Origin: a virus
DNA length: 64,000 nt
Virus record (IMG/VR): IMGVR_UViG_3300022602_002120
Coordinates: 1 to 64,000 of that record
Reading direction: 5' to 3' (one strand)
Part shown: one piece after another, positions 28,542 to 38,876 of the stretch
How the letters are laid out: the number at the start of each line of letters is the position of its first letter
How positions within the stretch are numbered: the stretch's first letter is position 1
Position numbers and translations under genes: made by a program
The notes under the pieces: generated by a model
Databases searched by the model: none
What the model saw: only the letters and a program-made list of their open reading frames with translations
What the model was told of the DNA's origin: nothing

Positions 28542-30005
28542 ATGCCAAGACTTTCACTTTATAGACCAACCAAAGGTAGTGATTATCAATTTTTTGATAG
28601 AACTATCAGCGAAATGTTTACTGTGGGCGGTGTTGATATTAATTTGCACAAATATTTAGGTCCACTAGATACCGGTAACATCAATGCTACCGAGCCCGGC
28701 GGCACTGGTCTTACTAGTATTCAAGACATGTTGTTCTTAGAAAACCGCGACCGTAAATATGATACCAGCATATATACAATGCGTACACAGTTTCGTATCA
28801 ACGACAGTGACTTTGACTTAACTCAATTTGGCTTATTCCTAACTGGCGATACTATATTTGCTACATTTCATTTAAATGACATGATTGACACGTTAGGTCG
28901 TAAGATTATGGTTGGCGATGTTGTAGAAATGCCATTCTTAAAAGACTACTATCCTTTAGATGATGCAATGTCTGCGGCACTTAAACGATACTATGTAGTA
29001 CAAGATGCTACCCGTGCAGCAGAAGGGTTTAGTCCACTATGGTACCCACATCTATGGCGTGTTAAACTACAACCTCTAGTAGACAGTCAAGAATACAAAG
29101 ATATTCTTAATAGTTTACCAGCTAATGATCCTAATGGTGATGGTATATTGAATCCTGGTGATCAAACATTAGGTAATCTATTAAGCACCTATAACACGCT
29201 TCTTGGCATCAACGATGCGGTTGTTAGTCGTGCAGAGCAAGATGTACCAGAAAGTGGGTATGATACTACATCATTCTACACAGAAGCTGTTGATAGTAAT
29301 GGTAATCCAGTAGATCCATCAGCGGCAGATGCTAGCACAGCTACTCATACAGTAGATGGACAGGTAGTAGATGCTAGTTCTACTGTAGATGATGCTAGTT
29401 ACCAAACCCTAACTTCAGTAACCAAGGTAGAAGGTTACCTAACTGGCGACGGTCTACCACCAAATGGTGCTACAGTTGCCGCTGGCTTGAGCTTTCCTTT
29501 TAACCCGCACGAAGGTGATTACTACCTACGCTTAGATTATGTACCTAATAGACTGTTCCGTTACGATGGACGTCGTTGGGTTAAAGTGGAAGATGCTGTG
29601 AGAACTAACCTAACACCTGGCGCACAAAATACAACTCAACTTAGCGGCTTTATAAACAATACCAACCAGTTTATGGGCAATGCTGCAGCATGGGATGCTA
29701 TACGTGTAGCAAATCCATATACTCCTTCAGCTAATGCAGCCACTGTATCATTTACTCTAAGTAACGTAAATCCATATGGTACTGTACTTACTGTAGTACC
29801 TTATGCTAGCACATATGGTGTACGTACACAATTAAACGGTCTACCTATAACTAATACTGTAAACAACATTGGCGGAAACGTATCATTTACTGTATCTACT
29901 GTGTTAGCAATCGGTGATCTATTAGAATACACTGTCTATAGACACGTGGTTAATGAACGTCAGAGCTTGAGTCAAGCCTTACGTCCTTCAGCGGATAACA
30001 TATAA
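28542..30005 (+). CDS. gp14: Neck protein gp14-like with C-terminal extension
   Basis: LFLENRDRKYD, FDLTQFGLFL, GRKIMVGDVVE; late promoter at 28516-28521; precedes gp15. Confidence 0.75.
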   Translation: MPRLSLYRPTKGSDYQFFDRTISEMFTVGGVDINLHKYLGPLDTGNINATEPGGTGLTSIQDMLFLENRDRKYDTSIYTMRTQFRINDSDFDLTQFGLFLTGDTIFATFHLNDMIDTLGRKIMVGDVVEMPFLKDYYPLDDAMSAALKRYYVVQDATRAAEGFSPLWYPHLWRVKLQPLVDSQEYKDILNSLPANDPNGDGILNPGDQTLGNLLSTYNTLLGINDAVVSRAEQDVPESGYDTTSFYTEAVDSNGNPVDPSAADASTATHTVDGQVVDASSTVDDASYQTLTSVTKVEGYLTGDGLPPNGATVAAGLSFPFNPHEGDYYLRLDYVPNRLFRYDGRRWVKVEDAVRTNLTPGAQNTTQLSGFINNTNQFMGNAAAWDAIRVANPYTPSANAATVSFTLSNVNPYGTVLTVVPYASTYGVRTQLNGLPITNTVNNIGGNVSFTVSTVLAIGDLLEYTVYRHVVNERQSLSQALRPSADNI

Positions 30006-31408
30006 TGGTAGCAAGTCAACAGTTTTTTTACGATGGGCAGATAGAACGCTTCTTGGCACAGTTTATTCGTATGCTCAGTGGGTTTCAAGTAGAGTTTGGC
30101 AAGGACCGTAACGGTAATACTACTCTACAACGTGTTCCAGTTTATTGGGGTGATAGTAGCCGTCAAGTACAAACTATTATCAATCAGAACTCGGGCGGCA
30201 ATATGCTACCTACTGTGCCAGCAATGACTGTGTATATTAATGCCATGACCTATGATCGTGATCGTGTTCAACAGCCAGACTTTGTTGGCAAGATGAATAT
30301 TCGTGAACGTTATTACAATGAAGACACCCAGGAATATGAAAATCGTCAAGGCAATGCCTTTACTATTGAACGTATGATGCCTGTGCCTTATACTTTAGAA
30401 CTTAAGGTAGACATTTGGACTAGCAACACTAAACAAAAGCTACAACTATTAGAACAAATTATTCCATTATTCAATCCTGCACTAGAGATTCAGTCAACTG
30501 ATAACTATATCGACTGGACTAGCCTCAGTGTTGTTTATTTAGAAAGCCCAAATTGGACTAGCCGTAGCGTTCCGATTGGTACAGAAAACCCAATCGATGT
30601 TGCTACACTTACATTTAAACTACCTGTGTGGATTAGTACCCCAGCTAAGGTTAAAAAACTTGGCGTTATTCAAAAGATTATTGCTAACATACACGATGGT
30701 GATGGCAACTTAAGCGATGCTGTGCTAAATGATGGTAATCTTTTAGGTGCTCGTCAGTACTTTACACCTATGATGTATGGCACATTGCTAATTGGCAATA
30801 CCTTAACTCTATTAAAGATCAGCGAATTTGCAGATCCTAGAGATCCCACTACACAAACACAAACTAAAATTGGTACTAAAGACAGTTGGCGTAGTCTAAT
30901 CAACGTCTACGGTGAACTAAACAATGGTATTAGTCAAGTTAGACTTCTACAAGAAGATGGCATCACTGAAGTTATTGGCACTGTAAGCTATCATCCAACC
31001 GATGATACTTTATTAATCTTTAATGTCGACGTAGATACTAAACCAGGTAATACTCTATCTGCTATCAATGCCATTATTAACCCTAGCACTGTAAATCCTA
31101 ACAGTATTTCTGCTGTTAGTGGTACTAGCTATTTGATTTTAGAAGACATCGGTAGTTACGCTAACCCTACGGGCTATGGCGCTATTGCTTGGCGTGGCGC
31201 AGATGGTCAAGATCTAGTAGCACATGCTAACGATATTATAGAATACAATGGGTCGCACTGGACAGTAATATTTGACAGTCAGACTGATCAGAGTTTACAA
31301 TATGTAAGTAACCTGACTACAGGTACTCAATACAAATGGAATGGTGTTCAATGGTTAAAAAGTTACGAGGGCGAGTACAAAGAGGGCCTGTGGACTCTGG
31401 TATTATAG
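30005..31408 (+). CDS. gp15: Tail terminator / sheath stabiliser gp15-like with C-terminal extension
   Basis: FFYDGQIERF, RVPVYWGD, PVPYTLELKVDIWT, QLLEQIIPLFNP. Confidence 0.85.
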   Translation: MVASQQFFYDGQIERFLAQFIRMLSGFQVEFGKDRNGNTTLQRVPVYWGDSSRQVQTIINQNSGGNMLPTVPAMTVYINAMTYDRDRVQQPDFVGKMNIRERYYNEDTQEYENRQGNAFTIERMMPVPYTLELKVDIWTSNTKQKLQLLEQIIPLFNPALEIQSTDNYIDWTSLSVVYLESPNWTSRSVPIGTENPIDVATLTFKLPVWISTPAKVKKLGVIQKIIANIHDGDGNLSDAVLNDGNLLGARQYFTPMMYGTLLIGNTLTLLKISEFADPRDPTTQTQTKIGTKDSWRSLINVYGELNNGISQVRLLQEDGITEVIGTVSYHPTDDTLLIFNVDVDTKPGNTLSAINAIINPSTVNPNSISAVSGTSYLILEDIGSYANPTGYGAIAWRGADGQDLVAHANDIIEYNGSHWTVIFDSQTDQSLQYVSNLTTGTQYKWNGVQWLKSYEGEYKEGLWTLVL

Positions 31409-31818
31409 AAGGTGTAGGCACATTCATATATAGTATTAGTACTCAACGTTACCTTTTCTTACTACGCAATACTAAAAAATATGCAGGAACCTGGGGATTA
31501 GCCGGGGGCGGCATCGAAGCTGGTGAACATTTACTGTCTAGCTTATATAGAGAACTCGACGAGGAACTAGGCTACGATTTCTCAAACACTAAAGTTATTC
31601 CGATTGAAAAGTTCACTAGCGACAATAATAAATTCTCATATCACACGTTTTTAATAGCCATTGATGATGAATTTGTACCTGTACTTAACAACGAGCATCG
31701 TGGATTTTGTTGGGTAGGTCTAGAGGATCATCCAAAACCCCTGCACCCAGGAGTTTGGCGTACTATCAATTTTTCAAGTGTTGTAGATAAAATTAAGACG
31801 TTAGAAGCGGTCTTATAG
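31390..31818 (+). CDS. NUDIX hydrolase
   Basis: Complete Nudix box GGIEAGEHLLSSLYRELDEELG; likely GTG start after AGAGGG. Confidence 0.9.
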   Translation: MDSGIIEGVGTFIYSISTQRYLFLLRNTKKYAGTWGLAGGGIEAGEHLLSSLYRELDEELGYDFSNTKVIPIEKFTSDNNKFSYHTFLIAIDDEFVPVLNNEHRGFCWVGLEDHPKPLHPGVWRTINFSSVVDKIKTLEAVL

Positions 31819-32547
31819 GTCGCACTCTAATACAAGATTTCTAAAATTAATTTGTCTAAAATTTAAACAAGATTTTAATTGTTCTGGAATAGGATTGCTA
31901 CCCGCCGGTGTAACCCAGACCCAATCTACGTCATCGTAGGTATCGAATAATGCTTTATGATTTGTTAACCATTCGCTGTGATCAATTTCAAAATCATTAG
32001 CATCGTATCCAGCAGTGCCAGCATAGACATTGTTATTCCAACCTGCTTCGTGACCATCAAATCCTATTAGGTATATCTTTTTATGCTCGTCAAATGCCGC
32101 AATGTAAGCCGCAGTAGTACCAGCATCCGCATAGATATCGTACGGGATTAGATAAAATTTGCCAGGATGTTCTAATAAGTGAATAGCACTAGAATAAACA
32201 ATATGTCCTTGTGTATATGTGCCATTTGCTATTTCAGCTACAATACCATTATTACCCACCGCTACTAAAAAATCTGGTTCAAAATCTCTATAAAGTGCGT
32301 TACACCCATAGGTTTGTACAGTTCTTGACCCTAATAATCCGCTAGGCTTTTTAAAATTCTGTAGATCAAATCCTAAACGATTAGTTCCATTGCCTATTAC
32401 AATAGCTGTGTTAGAAATCTGTCTGTTGGTAATACCACTAGGAACAGTTTCTGTGGTTGTTTTCCACATACTGTCCTCTAGTCTACGTTCAACAATGATT
32501 TCTTCGCCTACATAACCTCTACGGAACTTTTTATTTACGTGTATCAT
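31813..32547 (-). CDS. Hypothetical protein, MptE/DUF115 or GT29-like fold
   Basis: AIVIGNG, YGCNALYRDF.PDFLVAV, IYLIGFD. Confidence 0.6.
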   Translation of the reverse strand: MIHVNKKFRRGYVGEEIIVERRLEDSMWKTTTETVPSGITNRQISNTAIVIGNGTNRLGFDLQNFKKPSGLLGSRTVQTYGCNALYRDFEPDFLVAVGNNGIVAEIANGTYTQGHIVYSSAIHLLEHPGKFYLIPYDIYADAGTTAAYIAAFDEHKKIYLIGFDGHEAGWNNNVYAGTAGYDANDFEIDHSEWLTNHKALFDTYDDVDWVWVTPAGSNPIPEQLKSCLNFRQINFRNLVLECDL

Positions 32548-32556
32548 TGATTACCT

Positions 32557-35500
32557 TTATACAATATAAGTTGTCATTACTTTAACATTACTATTTGTCA
32601 GACTATTACTTGTATAGTAAAGGTTAACGTTGCCAGAACTAATGCTACATGAGAATACACCCATTATATTACCAACTACACCATATGTTGTTAAGTATGG
32701 AGTAACAGTATCTTGAGTTAATAATATCTCTGCTGCTTCTGCTGTATTTCCAGTTTTAACCTGCACAATATACTTGGCTGTTGTATAACTTGATGTTGGG
32801 AATGTATCAATTACTACAGGAGTACTTGCTGTTGGAATATTAACCACTGGTTGTGTGTATGTAACTTTATTGCCTGTTAGGTAGTTAAAGTTACCTGAGG
32901 TATCAACGTTGATACGTTCAATTGTACCTGATGCATTAGTACCTGACCAAATTTGTGATCCGCTCGCATCACATAAGAATTGATTTAGGCCGTTACCACT
33001 AGTAATTGATGATACTACAGTAGTAGTTGCTAGTACACGAGCGTCAATTACATCATCTGGTGCCGGCGGTTCTGTAAATGTCAATGTTGATCCGCTTACT
33101 GAATACGCCAGTACTGGGAATTGTATCACACCATTAATACTTACGATTGTGGCACTAGTTGTCGAACTTGCTTGCAAGGTAAAGGATGTGTTAGTACCGT
33201 CTACGTGACCATATGCTCCTGAATTACCTGAGAATTGACGATCACTAATAACAGTAAACACAGAACCTGCTGTCTGCCATTGGCTACCATCGTAAAATTC
33301 TAACTGTGAAACTGTGGAGTTAAAACGCATCATACCTGCTACGTCAACGTTACCGCCACCACCGCTTGGACGTTGCGCTGTTGTACCTACAGGTACCATC
33401 ATTGAGTCTGTTGATTGTACTTTAAATGATGCACCAGGTGTTGTGCTTACACTGCCTGTGCCGTTGTAGCCACCACCGCCCACTGTAACTGCTGCATTGT
33501 TTGGATCTGCGTAGATTAATCCAGTGGTTGTAGAACCCATTACTACAAATGGATCATGTCCTTGTGTGCTGTTAAACACAGCGCCACCACCTGCACGTAC
33601 ATTGCCAGCTATACCAACCCCACCGTCTACACGTAGCGCACCAGTGTTAGTTGTTGTACTTACAGTAGTATATTTCAACCAAGCATTACCGTTATTGCTC
33701 ACGTTACTATGGAAGCGCATAACTTCTGCTGTGCTTTGGAAGCTACCAACACCAAATACAATATCGTTAAAGTTACCTGTTTGGCTAGTTGCTAGAACTA
33801 AGTTACCACCCCATGTACTGCTTTCCGGCTTAACAAAAAAGTAACCATCGTTTGGTTTAGTAATTGTGTAGTTGCCATCATTAAACGCATTGCCGGTGAA
33901 GCCCATGTCTGCCCAACCAGCAGTGTCGTTACCTGCGCTTGAGTATGCAGCGTAGTCTGCTGAACCTGTATTAGCAGTGTTCAATATAGCCATTTGTGCG
34001 TATGTTGATCCGTTATCAACTGCTACTACTGTTGGGTAGTTTAATGCTATACTAAATGCAGTCGCTCTGCCAACATAGATGTTTTTACCAGCGTAGATAT
34101 TACCAGCGGCACTAATACCACCTTGTGTAATAATTGCACCAGTTGTAGTTGATGTTGTATCTGTAGTGGAGTTTGCCCAAATAACACCTGTAGCAGCAAG
34201 CACTGTAGCATCTACACGTGTAGCCAACACATTACCAGTTACATTCAAATAACCAGTTACTGACTCATTACCGTTAACTGTCATTGCGTTAAACACACCT
34301 GCTGTTGCTAAAACGTTACCAGTTGTGTTAATTTGACCTGCATTTAGTTGTGGAGTTGAAATATTACCTGCGGCATTAATGTAGCCACTAATAGTTTCAT
34401 TTCCATTTACTGTTAATCCATTTAATACACCATTTTGTGCAATAACGTTACCTGAGGTATTCAATTGACTTGCAGTTACCACTGCAGCCATTACGTTACC
34501 AGTTACATTTAAATAGCCAGTTACTGATTCATTACCATTTACAGTAAGTGCGTTAAACACACCTGCTGTAGCTAGCACGTTACCAGTAGTGTTTAGTTGA
34601 CTTGCAGTTACCACGGCAGCCATTACGTTACCAGTTACATTCAAGTAACCAGTTACTGATTCATTACCATTGACTGTCAATGCGTTGAATGTGCCAGCAG
34701 TTGCTAAAATGTTGCCTGAGGAGTTAATAAAGCCACTTGATACTGTTAATGTACCATTTTGTGTTGTTGCTCCATTAACTGTCAAACCACTTAATGTGCC
34801 ACTAGCACCTAAAATATTACCAGTTACATTCAAGTAACCAGTTACTGACTCATTACCATTAACTGTTAGTGCATTAAATACACCGGCAGTAGCTAATACG
34901 TTACCTGTAGTATTAATTTGACCTGCATTTAGTTGTGCTGTCATTACGTTACCAGTTACATTCAAGTAACCAGTAATTGTTTCATTGCCATTAATTGTTA
35001 ATGCGTTAAATGTTGCAGCTTGACCTAGTACGTTACCTGTACTGTTTAGTTGTCCTGCTACTAGTGTTCCGCCGATACCAGCACCGCCTGCTACAATTAA
35101 AGCACCAGTGCCTGTTGTAGTTGCGGCTGTTGTATTAACTAAGTTTAAGTTACCAGCTTTAATTGGATCGTAAACAGTAGTACCATCAAGCGTGATATAG
35201 CTTGCACTTGGCTCTGCCAGGTTACTTACAAATTTCCAAGTGTTATCTGTAGGATCACGGAATACGCTAGTATGTTGGTATTGGTTGATTGTACCTAGAC
35301 CTACGCCAGTGAACGCACTGTAGAAACCAATATCATAATTGTATGGTGTTGTTACATTTGGTCTTAGATATAGTAGCGGATCTTGTACAGTAATAACGTT
35401 AGCTTGAACACCAATGATGTTGCTAACAAATAAATTACCGCCAATCCAAACGTCTTGGCTGAAGCTTGCGCCACCAGCAACCTGCAATGCACCAGTTGAT

Positions 35501-37320
35501 GCACCAGTTGCTTGAGTAGTGTTTGTTATTGTTGTAATGCCACCAACACCTAGTGTGTTGTTAATTTGTGTAGCACCACCAATAGTTGCTGTAAGTGCAA
35601 TATTCGCTGCACCTGCAACACTAATACCACCGTTAGGTACTACAATAGCACCTGTACCTTGTGTAGTAGTTGCTATACTTGCGTTAGCCCATAGACTGTT
35701 CGAAACCCCCAATATACTCAATGTACCAGTAGCACCCAAAATGTTACCAGTTACATTCAAGTAGCCAGTTACAGTTTCGTTGCCATTAACTGTTAGGGCG
35801 TTAAATGTACCAGCTTGTCCTAATACGTTACCAGTTGTATTAATTTGACCTGCATTTAGTTGTGGGGTTGAGACGTTACCAGCACTGTTAATATATCCAG
35901 TTGATGTAATACCACTAAATGTGCCTTGTGCGCCTAATATGTTGCCAGTTACATTCAAGTAACCAGTCACTGACTCGTTTCCATTTACCGTTAATGCGTT
36001 AAATATACCCGCTGTTGCTTCTACATTACCTGTAGTATTAACTTGGCCTGCATTTAACTGTGGTGTCGAAATGTTGCCTGCAGCATTAATATAGCCACTA
36101 ATAGTTTCATTTCCGTTTACTGTTAATGCGTTAAATGTACCAGCTGTTGCTAGAACATTACCTGTTGTATTAACCTGTCCTGCATTTAGTTGTGCAGTTG
36201 AAATATTGCCTGTGGTGTTGATATAACCGTAGGCTGAAATATTACCATTGACACGTAAGTCGTTGTATATACCAGCAGTGGCAATAACGTTACCTGTCGT
36301 ATTAATTTGTCCTGCGTTTAGTTGTGGTGTTGAAATATTACCACTGGTATTAATATAACCAGTTGAATTTATAGCACCAAACACACCAACAGCGGCACTT
36401 ACATTGCCTGTTGTGTTGAAATATACAGGGCCGCCTGCCGAAGTTTGTGTAATATTACCTACTACGTTAACCCATGATCCGCTAACTTGGCCTGCTAGAC
36501 CCAGTGAAGTATTACCAAATACGCTTAAGCCAGTTGATAGTACATTGCCTGGTGTATTAAAGTTAGCAGCAAACACAGTAGCATTACTATTAAATCCGCC
36601 TGCGCCTACTAGAATATTTGATACGTTAATAACTGAGGAATTTGTAGTACCGTTGACAGTTAATGCGTTATGTACTGCACCTGTTGATAATACATTACCA
36701 GTTGTATTAATTTGACCTGCGTTTAGTTGCGGAGTTGATATATTACCTGCGGCATTGATGTAACCACTAATGGTTTCATTGCCATTTACTGTAAGTGCGT
36801 TAAACACACCACCGCTGGCTAATACGTTACCACTTACGTTTAAACTTGCGGTTGTAATTATGTTTGTTACAGAAATAGTACCAATGTTTGCTTGACCTGG
36901 TACATTTAAGCTACCAACACTTAAACGTGATAAGCCTGCGCTGTTAACGTTACCGTAGGTTGTACCTGTTTCGTTAGTAGCAATAAGACGGAATTCGCCA
37001 AAGTACTCACTCCAGATAATAGCTTGGTTTTGACTAGTACCACGATTGAAAATTAAACCTTCATCGTAACTATTAGTACCACTAAAACCATTGTTTAGTA
37101 CTACCAATGGATCGTTAACGTAAGTGTTGGTACTAGCAATAGTTGTATATGAGCTAGAACCTAATACAAACAAGTTACCCGAAATTAATAAGTCACCTGG
37201 TACTGTTACGTTACTAGAAAATAGTGAACCTGTAATAGATCCGTCTGCAATTTTCTGACTAGCAATAATAGTTTTGCTATAGATTTGATTATTCAGTATT
37301 CTGGTTAATGCACCTGACAT
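32557..37320 (-). CDS. Long tail-fibre-like protein (1587 aa) with internal repeats
   Basis: G/N/T/V-rich; about 10 copies of NALTVNGNE-type repeats; C-terminal modules shared with neighbouring genes. Confidence 0.8.
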   Translation of the reverse strand: MSGALTRILNNQIYSKTIIASQKIADGSITGSLFSSNVTVPGDLLISGNLFVLGSSSYTTIASTNTYVNDPLVVLNNGFSGTNSYDEGLIFNRGTSQNQAIIWSEYFGEFRLIATNETGTTYGNVNSAGLSRLSVGSLNVPGQANIGTISVTNIITTASLNVSGNVLASGGVFNALTVNGNETISGYINAAGNISTPQLNAGQINTTGNVLSTGAVHNALTVNGTTNSSVINVSNILVGAGGFNSNATVFAANFNTPGNVLSTGLSVFGNTSLGLAGQVSGSWVNVVGNITQTSAGGPVYFNTTGNVSAAVGVFGAINSTGYINTSGNISTPQLNAGQINTTGNVIATAGIYNDLRVNGNISAYGYINTTGNISTAQLNAGQVNTTGNVLATAGTFNALTVNGNETISGYINAAGNISTPQLNAGQVNTTGNVEATAGIFNALTVNGNESVTGYLNVTGNILGAQGTFSGITSTGYINSAGNVSTPQLNAGQINTTGNVLGQAGTFNALTVNGNETVTGYLNVTGNILGATGTLSILGVSNSLWANASIATTTQGTGAIVVPNGGISVAGAANIALTATIGGATQINNTLGVGGITTITNTTQATGASTGALQVAGGASFSQDVWIGGNLFVSNIIGVQANVITVQDPLLYLRPNVTTPYNYDIGFYSAFTGVGLGTINQYQHTSVFRDPTDNTWKFVSNLAEPSASYITLDGTTVYDPIKAGNLNLVNTTAATTTGTGALIVAGGAGIGGTLVAGQLNSTGNVLGQAATFNALTINGNETITGYLNVTGNVMTAQLNAGQINTTGNVLATAGVFNALTVNGNESVTGYLNVTGNILGASGTLSGLTVNGATTQNGTLTVSSGFINSSGNILATAGTFNALTVNGNESVTGYLNVTGNVMAAVVTASQLNTTGNVLATAGVFNALTVNGNESVTGYLNVTGNVMAAVVTASQLNTSGNVIAQNGVLNGLTVNGNETISGYINAAGNISTPQLNAGQINTTGNVLATAGVFNAMTVNGNESVTGYLNVTGNVLATRVDATVLAATGVIWANSTTDTTSTTTGAIITQGGISAAGNIYAGKNIYVGRATAFSIALNYPTVVAVDNGSTYAQMAILNTANTGSADYAAYSSAGNDTAGWADMGFTGNAFNDGNYTITKPNDGYFFVKPESSTWGGNLVLATSQTGNFNDIVFGVGSFQSTAEVMRFHSNVSNNGNAWLKYTTVSTTTNTGALRVDGGVGIAGNVRAGGGAVFNSTQGHDPFVVMGSTTTGLIYADPNNAAVTVGGGGYNGTGSVSTTPGASFKVQSTDSMMVPVGTTAQRPSGGGGNVDVAGMMRFNSTVSQLEFYDGSQWQTAGSVFTVISDRQFSGNSGAYGHVDGTNTSFTLQASSTTSATIVSINGVIQFPVLAYSVSGSTLTFTEPPAPDDVIDARVLATTTVVSSITSGNGLNQFLCDASGSQIWSGTNASGTIERINVDTSGNFNYLTGNKVTYTQPVVNIPTASTPVVIDTFPTSSYTTAKYIVQVKTGNTAEAAEILLTQDTVTPYLTTYGVVGNIMGVFSCSISSGNVNLYYTSNSLTNSNVKVMTTYIV
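34230..36800 (-). repeat. Imperfect ~17/33-aa coding repeats (GQINTTGNVLATAGxFNALTVNGNExxxGYxNxxGNI)
   Basis: Repeats visible in both protein and DNA, e.g. recurring ccagttacattcaagtaaccag and gcatttagttg. Confidence 0.85.
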
Positions 37321-37427
37321 GGAAAACTCCGCTTTAAATTATATTTTACACTATTATTTGCCTGCGGTTCCATATCCCCAAGGCCTACGATGTGTGGTTT
37401 AATGTATTTATGCTGAGTTTGGGAAAA

Positions 37428-38876
37428 CTAAAGTGGGTAAAAATTGCGGCTAACTGTAAGATAAGTGTTAGATATCACAGGAGTATATTGAATTTGAACA
37501 TTACTACCGCTGATGCTTGCTGATATATTACCTAGCACATTACCAATAGTAATCACCCCATAGGTTGTCGAAGTTGCTGTAGTACCGTTATGTGTAACTA
37601 AGGTTTCGTAACTTTGTACATCACCGGCATTAACAGCTTGAATTACGTATTTTGCAGTTCTATAACTAGTGGTACTATAACTATCAATGGTTGCAGCCAC
37701 ATTAGGTGTTGCTATTAAGGTATTGGCTAGATTGTTATAGAATCCAGTGGTCTGGATGTTACCAACCATGTTTATATTATATCTGTCTAAGGTTACAGAT
37801 GTGTAATTATTAAAACTCAATCCGCCAACAGTAACAGCACTAGGTGCCATTAAACGTACTTCAATTGAATCCGTTGTTAATGGAATTTCAGTAAATTGAA
37901 TTTGGTTATTATTAATGATATTATATGAATAACCAGGTTGTTGAATAGTACCGTTGATGCTTACAAACACACCAGATGAAGTTGTATTAGAACTTAGTGC
38001 ATAGGTATTACTTGTGCCATCAGGGTTGATAGTCTGACTACTAATTGTTGCCTGTCCTGGTGATATCCAGTTAGTACCGTCATAGTATTCAATTGTTTTA
38101 CTTGTGGTATTAAAACGTGTATATCCTACATAAGCACTACTTGGTCTAGATGATTGATCACCAGCTGGCAGTCCCAATGCATCGGTACCTAAAATCTGTA
38201 CAATACCTGTGCCAGGTGCATTTAATACAATATTGCCGTTGGTCTCTTTAGTTGAAATAGTGTTACCACTAAATGTAAAGTTGCCTAAAATAGCATTACC
38301 AATATTGCTAGGCGTGGGTAATCCTAGATTGCCCGCATAAACCCCGCCGCTGATATAAACACTATTACCTGCAAAGCTAATAGGGCTACCACCGCTATAC
38401 GGTGTGTTGTTGCTGTTAAAGTTTAAGATACCTGCTTGATAGTCAAATACCCATAGGTCATTACTACCACTACCAGTGGCAAATACCTGTGTACCTTTAC
38501 TAGCTACGTTAGCAGCATTACCACTAGGTGCAATATAGACTTTAATTTGATAAGTTGATCCAAACTCTGGTGGTACCCAGAATGTACGTCCTGTTTGCCA
38601 TGTCAATGTTGGAGTAGGAATGCCTGCTGTGCTAGTACATTCTACAGGAAATGCTGTCGGATATACTGTTACAACACTGCTATTACTTGACGGAATAACT
38701 CCGGGAATTTGATCAGAATTTTGTAAGATTTTATCAGCACGAATTTGTAGCGGGCTTGGATTAGGTTCGTTAGTTGCGTCGATGTTACCACTAATATCAG
38801 TCTTAGCGGCACCGTAGACTATTTTCTTCCAAAGATAGTCAACCTTCTGCGAATCTGGTGCGTTCTGTATCGCCAT
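37428..38876 (-). CDS. Fibre/baseplate-associated structural protein (482 aa)
   Basis: Shares three modules with the 1587-aa fibre. Confidence 0.7.
   Translation of the reverse strand: MAIQNAPDSQKVDYLWKKIVYGAAKTDISGNIDATNEPNPSPLQIRADKILQNSDQIPGVIPSSNSSVVTVYPTAFPVECTSTAGIPTPTLTWQTGRTFWVPPEFGSTYQIKVYIAPSGNAANVASKGTQVFATGSGSNDLWVFDYQAGILNFNSNNTPYSGGSPISFAGNSVYISGGVYAGNLGLPTPSNIGNAILGNFTFSGNTISTKETNGNIVLNAPGTGIVQILGTDALGLPAGDQSSRPSSAYVGYTRFNTTSKTIEYYDGTNWISPGQATISSQTINPDGTSNTYALSSNTTSSGVFVSINGTIQQPGYSYNIINNNQIQFTEIPLTTDSIEVRLMAPSAVTVGGLSFNNYTSVTLDRYNINMVGNIQTTGFYNNLANTLIATPNVAATIDSYSTTSYRTAKYVIQAVNAGDVQSYETLVTHNGTTATSTTYGVITIGNVLGNISASISGSNVQIQYTPVISNTYLTVSRNFYPL

Noticed and set aside
34230-36800. 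Fibre repeats as a CRISPR array or DGR template/variable repeats
   Set aside because: They lie in frame within one ORF, vary mainly at synonymous positions, have no unique spacers, and no cas or RT gene is present in the window.
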